Source: Oligoflexales bacterium (GTDB lineage: Bacteria > Bdellovibrionota_B > Oligoflexia > Oligoflexales > RGVZ01). Taken from it: a stretch of 64,000 bases of DNA. The stretch covers positions 22,682 to 86,681 of the forward strand of contig CANLUT010000003.1 of NCBI GenBank assembly GCA_947494335.1, given 5' to 3'. Shown here one piece after another: positions 8,089-15,591 of this stretch. The notes beneath the pieces were generated by a model, which made no database searches, had not been told where the DNA came from, and worked only from the letters and a program-made list of their open reading frames with translations. Every line of letters begins with the position of its first letter. The first letter of the stretch is position 1. Made by a program: the position numbers and the translations under genes.

Positions 8089-9072
8089 ATGGGTCGGATC
8101 ATTCAAAATTTATTAACTTGTTCAATCGCCGCGGCGCTAACTGGTGGCTGCGGTAAAACTATTTTACAAGTCATGGGTGGCGGATCGACAAATATTGTCG
8201 GACTCAATGCAGCGCCTCCAGGTGAAGGGCTTTATGACCGTTGTGGAGTTCGAATCAAAGATTTAGCAGATCCAAATGCAAAACTTGCGGATATTAAGCT
8301 TCGGGCTGATGTCCGCGTCACCGGCACCGCCTCTGATTTGAAGTACGACCTTCTCTTGCGAGCGAATCTTCATATTTCCGCTTCTGCTGGACGGTCTGTG
8401 TCTGAGACAATTCTTGAGTTGAAGGAGAATAAATCTGAGGATGTCGATGCGTCCGGTAACGGGAGAATCACATCAGATATGGCTAAGCAGGCTGCCTATG
8501 ATAACAGTACTCGTATGACATCGGAAAGCATGTCTACAGGGCTTTTGCTGAAACTTCAGAAAAGCGATCCACAGTTTAAAGATATTGAATGCGCTGTGAC
8601 GTTCACTGGTAAGTCAACCACTGAAACTTACAATTCAATGGGTATTGTCGAATTTACTCCTGGTATTCCAAGTGCTCTCAACCCGAGAGCATCGATGGCG
8701 ACATACGATCTTGAATTGGGCGCGTCTCGTTCATTTACAGTTAAGGCGAAGGTTATCAAGGCGGCCAAAGACTGGCTTCCAGAAGGTACCGAAACTGATG
8801 TGACCATAACTTATAAGCGCGTATCTCCGGATCAAAAATCTACCCCTGGGATGCCAGCTGGTGCTCCGCAGATCAATGCTGATCTAGCCTATGAAATGAC
8901 AACAACGGCAGCTGCCGGTGATGCATGGAGGCTTGGTCTATCCAAGAGACAAGTGTTTTTCGTCAATACGGCAGAGCGCGATCTCGTAGGAGCTTTGGCT
9001 GATATGGGAAGAAAAGACCCCAAGCTAAAAGCTGAGTTCCCGCCGGCTTTTGCGGTTCCAGTGACTGAATAA
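8089..9072 (+). CDS. lipoprotein, paralogue of 10549-11586
   Basis: GAGGT SD and lipobox AALTGG-C. Collinear similarity to the 10549 product, for example FTPGIPSALNPRASMATYDLELGASRSFTVKAKV against FTPALVNSVSPLASPERMRQEIGSGRTFNVTANV. Confidence 0.75.
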   Translation: MGRIIQNLLTCSIAAALTGGCGKTILQVMGGGSTNIVGLNAAPPGEGLYDRCGVRIKDLADPNAKLADIKLRADVRVTGTASDLKYDLLLRANLHISASAGRSVSETILELKENKSEDVDASGNGRITSDMAKQAAYDNSTRMTSESMSTGLLLKLQKSDPQFKDIECAVTFTGKSTTETYNSMGIVEFTPGIPSALNPRASMATYDLELGASRSFTVKAKVIKAAKDWLPEGTETDVTITYKRVSPDQKSTPGMPAGAPQINADLAYEMTTTAAAGDAWRLGLSKRQVFFVNTAERDLVGALADMGRKDPKLKAEFPPAFAVPVTE

Positions 9073-9143
9073 GCAGCTCTAAAAACGTCCCGTATATTTT
9101 TTTCTGCCATCTTAGGTTGTTATCGAGTTTTCAGCTTATAATT

Positions 9144-10418
9144 ATGAATGAATTAATAAGCGGAGACACCTGTTTGCCTGGATTCAATTTGAAATCGGTC
9201 GTCCTATTTCTCACCAGCACTGCTTTTGTTGATATTTTTTTCGCACCGGCAGCTCGTGCACAGTCTTTTTTATTTCCAGGCGCTTCTGTGGGGTTTGAGT
9301 CTGGTCTCTCTCAGACCAATACGAGAGGTCCAGTAGCGATTCCAAACAATCCTGCCAATGCTGTCATAACGAAACGATTTGAGCTGTACGCTGATATGAC
9401 AATCCTTAACGTTAACTATACCTATACACGCGAAGGCTACGATCCCGTGAGTATCAAGTTGACCGCCCCTCCCGTCAACTTCGGTGTTAGTTTTAAGCCC
9501 AACCCTAAAATCGCACTCGGCGCTTTCGTCACACCGAGGCCGGGCGCCAAGCCTCAGGTTGTCAAAAATGTCCCGCAGGATTTGGGTGGTGAAATTACTA
9601 CGGTTGATGTTTATGCAACCCAAGGATCCTTCATCACCGGGTTCGGTCTCGGATTTAAAGTCAATAACAATACCGCTTTGGGCGTCAGCACCATAGAAAC
9701 CGCGGAAGATACCCAAATTGTCGTACGTAATGCTGGGACCACAGACGACAAAAATGCGTTATTGGGTGCACGTTTTATTGGTTCGTCGTTTCAAGTAATC
9801 GCTGGGTTTCGTCATATTCCAGTACCACGACTGACCTTGGCAGGAAGTTACAAAACGGCCGTACAGAAGGAGTACAATGGTCGACTTATTCTGAAAGGTG
9901 ATGAAGATGATACCGTCAAACGAAAAGGGTTTTCTCCCGCGGTATTAGCAGTGGGAGCTGAGTACCGCCTAGGTGTCCCAACTGCGTTTGGAGAGCTTCG
10001 TCGGGAGTTTTGGTCCGCGGGGGCTTCAAGTGTTTCAACAGGAATACCTGGCGCGCCAGCTAAAACTGCGTTCGAGGATACGCTCATTGTGATCATGGGT
10101 GGACGCTTTAGAATCAATAATGATCAGGTTGCGAGTGCATCTGTCGGATTCTATCCACCAAATGTTGGAAACGGGACACCGACCTCTAAAACGGTTAATC
10201 CCGATGCAGTGGGTGGAGTTCAATTTGGTGAGTTTGATGGTATCAGTCGAACCATGTTCTCTGGATCATATAGGGCTTCGTTGAAAAATTTGGATATAAC
10301 GGGCGGCTTTAACTTTATATCTGGTTCCAGGACCGTACCTGCCAATTATCCGGGCGCGGGACGATATGACTTAACGGTGTTCTCAGTCGGCGCCGGTGTC
10401 AGTAAGTACTTTAAGTAG
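9144..10418 (+). CDS. outer-membrane beta-barrel protein, FadL/OmpP1-like (tentative)
   Basis: Hydrophobic leader ending ...FFAPAARA-QS. The N-terminal NNPANAV resembles the FadL NPAG motif. The sequence shows an alternating beta-strand pattern throughout and ends ...VSKYFK. The start is uncertain (TTG 9117, ATG 9144 or TTG 9189). Confidence 0.55.
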   Translation: MNELISGDTCLPGFNLKSVVLFLTSTAFVDIFFAPAARAQSFLFPGASVGFESGLSQTNTRGPVAIPNNPANAVITKRFELYADMTILNVNYTYTREGYDPVSIKLTAPPVNFGVSFKPNPKIALGAFVTPRPGAKPQVVKNVPQDLGGEITTVDVYATQGSFITGFGLGFKVNNNTALGVSTIETAEDTQIVVRNAGTTDDKNALLGARFIGSSFQVIAGFRHIPVPRLTLAGSYKTAVQKEYNGRLILKGDEDDTVKRKGFSPAVLAVGAEYRLGVPTAFGELRREFWSAGASSVSTGIPGAPAKTAFEDTLIVIMGGRFRINNDQVASASVGFYPPNVGNGTPTSKTVNPDAVGGVQFGEFDGISRTMFSGSYRASLKNLDITGGFNFISGSRTVPANYPGAGRYDLTVFSVGAGVSKYFK

Positions 10419-10497
10419 TGAATCCTTTAATTAATGGCCGCGGCACGCAGCTAAATATAACAAATCATTGCAAAAAATAGTTATTTTTCCGAATTAA

Positions 10498-10525
10498 TCA
10501 AGTTTTGGCCGTTGATTCCCGATAC
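10498..10525 (+). promoter_or_regulatory. sigma-28 (FliA)-like promoter P3
   Basis: TCAAGTTT (10498-10505), 12-nt spacer, CCCGATAC (10518-10525). The spacing is the same as P1 and P2. It lies 24 nt upstream of GTG 10549. Confidence 0.5.
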
Positions 10526-10548
10526 GTGACCTTGAGGGGAGCGCAGTC

Positions 10549-11586
10549 GTGTCAAAGCTACGTCTTATATTGATCCTGCTGATTCCAATGGCTGGAGTTG
10601 CTTCCTGCTCTGGCGATGCCATGGTCGATTTGGGTTCGTCCAGTGATGCCAAGGGCGCGAACCGTTTTAAGCCTCCTGGGGAACGTCCTGAAGCCTTCGA
10701 TTTCGAAAAAAATTGCGGAATCGCCGCAGACAAAGCCGACGATCAAAATGCAATTCTGTTTAGCGGAGACTATACGAGCTTTCCGATCATCGTCGAAGGA
10801 TCAAAGTCGGTACCCATTGTAGGAACGATTCCGTATCGAGTTATATTGCAGGCTAAAATTAAGATCGCTGCAAACGCAAAAGGTTCAACGATTGATAGAA
10901 CTGTTACCAAAATTTCTGCTGAGGGTACGAACCCTATTATCAGCTCAATCGTAAACAGTACTGCAGATAAGAAAGCAAAAGCAGCATCGGGTACGACCAA
11001 AGGCGTGCCTTTGCCAATTGGAGAATGGCTCAAACTAACCGGACCGTCAGGAAACCCTGAACTTAAGGACCTTCTTTGCGTATTGACCGGTGCGAAAAGC
11101 TCTACGTCTATATCTGGTGAAGGCACGCTATCGGCGACGTTTACTCCAGCGCTCGTGAATTCAGTGAGCCCGCTTGCCTCTCCAGAGCGGATGCGACAAG
11201 AGATTGGATCTGGTCGCACTTTTAATGTCACAGCCAACGTAACATCGATTCCAAAAACTGGAGGTTTTTTAGAGCCAGTTGATAAAAACTTTAAATTAGG
11301 TTCGAAGTCTGGAAAGGTAACCATAAAAGAGACAAAGCCAGTGCTGTCGGTTGTAAATACTGCTGCCAATATCAATCGAACCATCACATCTGATATAGCA
11401 TTTGAGGTGACGAACGAGTTTCCAGACGGTGCGTACACTGTTGGCTTACCAAAACGAACCGTTTATCTAATCGATACGGCGAAAAAGACGCTAAAAGCTA
11501 TTTATCTGGAGGACGATCGTCCTGATCCATCTTCACCGGATACTGGGCCGGCGACTCCTCCCATAGTGATCGTCAGAGACAAATAA
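10549..11586 (+). CDS. lipoprotein, paralogue of 8089-9072
   Basis: GTG start with a GAGGGGA SD. Lipobox LIPMAGVAS-C. Similarity to the 8089 product extends to the C-terminus (DIAFEVTNEFPDGAYTVGLPKRTVYLIDTA against DLAYEMTTTAAAGDAWRLGLSKRQVFFVNTA). Confidence 0.75.
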   Translation: MSKLRLILILLIPMAGVASCSGDAMVDLGSSSDAKGANRFKPPGERPEAFDFEKNCGIAADKADDQNAILFSGDYTSFPIIVEGSKSVPIVGTIPYRVILQAKIKIAANAKGSTIDRTVTKISAEGTNPIISSIVNSTADKKAKAASGTTKGVPLPIGEWLKLTGPSGNPELKDLLCVLTGAKSSTSISGEGTLSATFTPALVNSVSPLASPERMRQEIGSGRTFNVTANVTSIPKTGGFLEPVDKNFKLGSKSGKVTIKETKPVLSVVNTAANINRTITSDIAFEVTNEFPDGAYTVGLPKRTVYLIDTAKKTLKAIYLEDDRPDPSSPDTGPATPPIVIVRDK

Positions 11587-11588
11587 AA

Positions 11589-11612
11589 AGCGCCCCGAGA
11601 GGGCGCTTTTTT
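11589..11612 (+). terminator. intrinsic terminator closing the exported-protein block
   Basis: agcgccc-cgaga-gggcgct followed by tttttt, immediately after the stop at 11586. Confidence 0.85.
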
Positions 11613-11634
11613 ACGTCATTCCAGGCTTGCGATA

Positions 11635-12159
11635 TCAACCGCGAGTATATTTAAGTTTTGACAGGTCAAACTTGTGAACGTTTTGAAGTCGACTGAGCAG
11701 TGCGTCCAGCGTATCACGGCTCATGTCCGGAGAGCGGCTAAGAATCCAAAGCGTGCTGCGGCGTGGTTCGCTGACAACGGCATACTCGTAATTATCACCT
11801 AGCTCAATAATCCAGTAGTCGCCTGAAAACGGCCAGAAAAATGAAACTTTAAGTTCCGCGTTGGTTTTCTTGTTCACCACTCGAGCCACGCCCTTTGCTG
11901 ACGTCACGTCACCAGTGGGAGAACCTTTGTGGCACTCATTGAGAACATCAACGCGGCCGTCGTCTCGTAGGGTGTACTTTGCAGTCGTGTTGTAACAATC
12001 ACGGCTAAACCACTGAGGATAGCTTGCAATTTCATACCATTCACCCATGTAGCGTTCGATATCTACGTGCTCGACAGTCTTAAGGGGTACCTCAGCATTG
12101 GCTGTCGTCTGGCAGCAAGCCAAGTAGGCTGACAAAACGATAATAAATCTTTTTAGCAT
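11635..12159 (-). CDS. blc: bacterial lipocalin (outer-membrane lipoprotein Blc family)
   Basis: Collinear with E. coli Blc: ERYMGEWYEIASYP, YTLRDDGRVDVLN, LKVSFFWPFSGDYWII, LWILSRSP. Signal peptide present, with a GGGAG SD. Confidence 0.85.
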   Translation of the reverse strand: MLKRFIIVLSAYLACCQTTANAEVPLKTVEHVDIERYMGEWYEIASYPQWFSRDCYNTTAKYTLRDDGRVDVLNECHKGSPTGDVTSAKGVARVVNKKTNAELKVSFFWPFSGDYWIIELGDNYEYAVVSEPRRSTLWILSRSPDMSRDTLDALLSRLQNVHKFDLSKLKYTRG

Positions 12160-12248
12160 GGTCTAATCTCCCTGTGTCATGCGTTTCTAAGGTGGATATA
12201 CACCCGCCCACCAAGAGATTCCAAGGAAAGTTTTCAAGTTACTGAAAG

Positions 12249-12620
12249 CTATTGGGTAAAGGCCATTTTGGCGGCCGCTAAAACCATGAAGACCGCAAAG
12301 ATTCTGCGTAGGGTTTGAGGGCCTAAACCGATGGCCAAATGGCTTCCGAGGTAGGCACCAACAGCAAGCCCCAATGCCAGCCAGAGGCCTGCATGAAGAT
12401 GGCTATAATTTATTTTTCCAGCCTGCCAATAATTCCAAACAGCAAAGACTCCGACAGGTAAAAGTAACGCTATGAGTGATGTTCCGTTGGCTGCATGCTG
12501 ATCCATTCCAAAAATGAACACGAGTATAGGAATGATGACGAGGCCTCCACCGATGCCGAATAGCCCTGATGCAATTCCGGCCGCGACCCCTGTTACGACA
12601 AATCCCAAGGCACTTGTCAT
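12249..12620 (-). CDS. TauE/SafE (TSUP) family membrane protein, half-size
   Basis: 123 aa with about four Gly-rich TM helices (GIASGLFGIGGGLVIIPILVF...) typical of TauE/SafE. AGGAG SD. Confidence 0.65.
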   Translation of the reverse strand: MTSALGFVVTGVAAGIASGLFGIGGGLVIIPILVFIFGMDQHAANGTSLIALLLPVGVFAVWNYWQAGKINYSHLHAGLWLALGLAVGAYLGSHLAIGLGPQTLRRIFAVFMVLAAAKMAFTQ

Positions 12621-12696
12621 GAATGAGCTCCTGCAAATTTTTTCTTATGCTGGTATTTTGTCATAAATTTGAGAACTCGTCATAAAGGTATCCGCT

Positions 12697-13299
12697 ATGG
12701 GCATGTGGCATGAACGATGGGCTGAACAAAAGACTGGGTGGGATCTGAATGGTCCTCATCCACTGACAAAAATTTTATTTGAGCGAGTTCAAGCTTTACA
12801 TCCGCAAGTGGCCAAAGGTCGATGGTTGATTCCTGGTTGCGGTCGTGCTCATGATGCACCGTTCCTGCTTGAATCCGGAGCTTCTGCGATTGACGGGCGT
12901 GACTTGGTGCCCTTGGCTATTGAAGAGGCGCAGCGTCTTTACGGGCACATTCAAAATTTGAAGTTTCGCTACGGTGATATTAACGATCTATCTTCGTCAG
13001 AGGTAGGAGCCTTTGATGCAATCTTTGACCGGGCCATGCTTTGTGCTTTAGACGGTGAAAACAGAGTTAACTATGTAAGGTCATGTGAACGGTATCTAAA
13101 GCCAGGTGGTGTATTTGCTTCATTAGCTTTTGCGTCAACATTTGAGCCTGAAATTGGGCCACCTTTTCAGATTACAAAACTGCAAGTTGAAGGCCTATTC
13201 GGCAAAGGCTGGCAGATCGAATCCCTTGAGGAGCGCCGAGACGGCGCTTGTGGTCAAAAAATACTCAGTGAGTGGATCCTGATCGTGCGAAAGTTATAA
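12697..13299 (+). CDS. thiopurine/thiol S-methyltransferase (TPMT) family SAM methyltransferase
   Basis: N-terminal WHERWAEQKTGWDL plus LIPGCGRAHDAPFL (motif I region), as in bacterial TPMT-like enzymes. Confidence 0.65.
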   Translation: MGMWHERWAEQKTGWDLNGPHPLTKILFERVQALHPQVAKGRWLIPGCGRAHDAPFLLESGASAIDGRDLVPLAIEEAQRLYGHIQNLKFRYGDINDLSSSEVGAFDAIFDRAMLCALDGENRVNYVRSCERYLKPGGVFASLAFASTFEPEIGPPFQITKLQVEGLFGKGWQIESLEERRDGACGQKILSEWILIVRKL

Positions 13300-13401
13300 A
13301 CCAGCACCAAAAGTTCCGTGGCTTTAGGGTCCTCCTCTTTGTATAGTGTGAAGTCCTGTGCGGAGTTTCGTTTTATAGCAGGATCTAGGGGGACAATTAA
13401 C

Positions 13402-14682
13402 ATGGCAAAAAAACATCGCTTCATGGATCAAATCGGTGGAGATCTCTTTGAAGATGAAGATAGTGAAGCGTTAGAGTCTTCGACTAATGAGTTTGCAGAC
13501 ATGATTGCTCAGGAGTCAGCCCGAGGTTTCGTCCAGCTGCGCCAAGGTGCAAAGGTCGATGCCAAGGTGATTGGTATTATCGATGGCAGCATTGTCTGTG
13601 ACGTTGGTCAGCGTAGCGAGGGTGTCCTACCAACAGATTCGATGGCTCCTGAGGAGATCGCGAAGTTTACGGTTGGAGAAACTTATTCTCTCTACGTGAG
13701 CTCGCTAAAAAACGGGATCGAACTTGCCACCTCTATTTCTGCAAGACACGCCGGGCTTGACAACCTGCGTGACGCTATGAATTCAGGTCTTCCGGTTGAG
13801 GGTAAAGTCACCGGCGAGAACAAGGGTGGATATACGGTTGAGCTTTCCGGTGCGCGTGCATTCTGTCCTTTCTCCCAGATGGATGTGGTTGGTGGTAAGC
13901 CGCCAGCAGCTTTTATCGGTCAAACTTTTAAGTTCAAGGTTATCAAAGTTGCAGGTCGGGACGTGGTCTTGTCTCGGGCAGCCTTGCTGCGTGAAGAGCA
14001 GGCTGGTGAGCGTGCAAAAATTTTGGAAACTCTTCAGGTTGGAGATACAGTTTCCGCAAAAGTTGTCAAAATTGAAAACTTTGGGGCTTTCATTGAAATC
14101 GGCGGCGGCATGAATGCCCTTGTTCCAGTCAGTGAACTAAGTTGGAGCCGTCCATCGTCTCCTCACGCTGTTGTGAGTGTTGGTGACCAGGTTACGGCAA
14201 AAATCCTGAAAATAGATACTTCTGGTGAACGTCCAAAAATCTCTGCATCGATGAAGCAAGTAGAGGGCGATCCCTGGGATCTTCAGGTTGAGAAAATCGA
14301 AAACGGTGCGATCGTCGACGTGAAGATTACAAAACTTATGCAGTTTGGGGCTTTTGCAGAGATTCTTCCGGGCCTTGAGGGGTTGATTCACATCTCTGAA
14401 ATGAGTGCGAAGCGTCGCATCAACACGCCTGGCGAAGTTGTTGAGGTGGGTCAAACTGTTAAGGTTAAAATTACCGGTATCGATCGCATTCAAAGGCGTA
14501 TCGGGCTTTCCATGAAGGTTCTAGAAGCAGATTACGTCGAGCAAGAGGGCAAAAAGAAGCTTGATGAACAGAAAAAATCTGAAGATGAGCATCGTGGCGT
14601 TGAATTTCGCTCCCAAGGCGGATCAGCCACTTTAGGAGACGCGTTTCTCAAGGCGGCAGCCAAAGCCAAGACTGGGAAATAG
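13402..14682 (+). CDS. S1 RNA-binding-domain protein (four S1 repeats, ribosomal protein S1-like)
   Basis: Start moved to ATG 13402 (AGGGGGA SD). Repeated S1 modules (G..V.GKV..., FGAFIEIGGGMNALVPVSELS, FGAFAEILPGLEGLIHISEMS). Lys-rich tail. Confidence 0.8.
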   Translation: MAKKHRFMDQIGGDLFEDEDSEALESSTNEFADMIAQESARGFVQLRQGAKVDAKVIGIIDGSIVCDVGQRSEGVLPTDSMAPEEIAKFTVGETYSLYVSSLKNGIELATSISARHAGLDNLRDAMNSGLPVEGKVTGENKGGYTVELSGARAFCPFSQMDVVGGKPPAAFIGQTFKFKVIKVAGRDVVLSRAALLREEQAGERAKILETLQVGDTVSAKVVKIENFGAFIEIGGGMNALVPVSELSWSRPSSPHAVVSVGDQVTAKILKIDTSGERPKISASMKQVEGDPWDLQVEKIENGAIVDVKITKLMQFGAFAEILPGLEGLIHISEMSAKRRINTPGEVVEVGQTVKVKITGIDRIQRRIGLSMKVLEADYVEQEGKKKLDEQKKSEDEHRGVEFRSQGGSATLGDAFLKAAAKAKTGK

Positions 14683-14688
14683 AATGTC

Positions 14689-15588
14689 TTGATCAGTGCA
14701 GGCGTAAAACTTTTAATAGGAGCAACAGCCATTGGCTTTGCTCCTATTTTTGCAAAACTTTTGATTGTTGATGGTTCAGTCAGCCCAGTTGCGTCTGGAT
14801 TTTGGCGTATGTTTATCGGGAGTCTTGGGTTTCTTTTGCTCCTGATTTTTGGGAAAGACTGGCAGCGGAGTCGATCTGAGGTTTTGCGGATCATGTCAAA
14901 CTCCTCCGTCATCGTATTGCTCGCTGGATTTTTATTTGCAGCAGACTTGGTCGCGTGGCATACGTCATTTCTTTACACGTCTGTTGGGGTGAGTTCGATT
15001 ATCGCAAATTTTTCTGCGGTTTTTGTACCCATTACTGGAATTGTTTTTTTTCGTGAAAAGTTAAAGACCAATGTCGTTTATGGTGGTCTTTTAGCTTTTG
15101 TTGGATTTGTTGGGCTGACGTATCTTAAGTCAAAACAAGCGTCGACTGACGGCGCGCTGTCCCATCAAGACTTCATCGGCGAATTACTCGCCTTCTTGAC
15201 GGCGTTTTTCTACACGGGCTACATTCTGGCTATAAAATCGCTGGCTACACGATATTCATCTCGGGTTCTGATGTTGCTTGCATCTTCTATTAGTGCATTG
15301 ATCCTAGGTGTCATTACGGTCGTTAGCGAACCCGCAATTATCCCCCAGGGAGCTTTAGGCTGGATATGGGCTTTATGTCTGGGCTTGATTAGCCAGGTGT
15401 TTGGGCAGGGGCTGGTCGCCAGCTCGCTGTCTGTGCTACCGGCAGGGCAATCAGCATTAACCTTATTGTGGGCACCCGTAAGCTCTGCCCTGTTTGGTTG
15501 GATCTTTCTCGGAGAAATCCTCAACTCTGGGCAGATCATCTCTATGATTGTGGCCGTGCTTGGTATCGCTCTTGTTGTTCAAAAATAG
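14689..15588 (+). CDS. EamA/DMT-family transporter
   Basis: 299 aa with about 10 TM segments in two EamA-like halves. TTG is the only in-frame start near the 5' end. Confidence 0.7.
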   Translation: MISAGVKLLIGATAIGFAPIFAKLLIVDGSVSPVASGFWRMFIGSLGFLLLLIFGKDWQRSRSEVLRIMSNSSVIVLLAGFLFAADLVAWHTSFLYTSVGVSSIIANFSAVFVPITGIVFFREKLKTNVVYGGLLAFVGFVGLTYLKSKQASTDGALSHQDFIGELLAFLTAFFYTGYILAIKSLATRYSSRVLMLLASSISALILGVITVVSEPAIIPQGALGWIWALCLGLISQVFGQGLVASSLSVLPAGQSALTLLWAPVSSALFGWIFLGEILNSGQIISMIVAVLGIALVVQK

Positions 15589-15591
15589 CGT

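Noticed and set aside
9270-9716. A 148-aa antisense ORF inside the barrel gene.
   Set aside because: It is a shadow ORF with no SD. The sense frame is continuous for 430 aa and shows OMP features.
10770-11438. A 222-aa antisense ORF inside the lipoprotein gene 10549-11586.
   Set aside because: The sense frame has a promoter, an SD, a lipobox and a paralogue at 8089-9072. The antisense ORF has none of these and looks like a shadow ORF.
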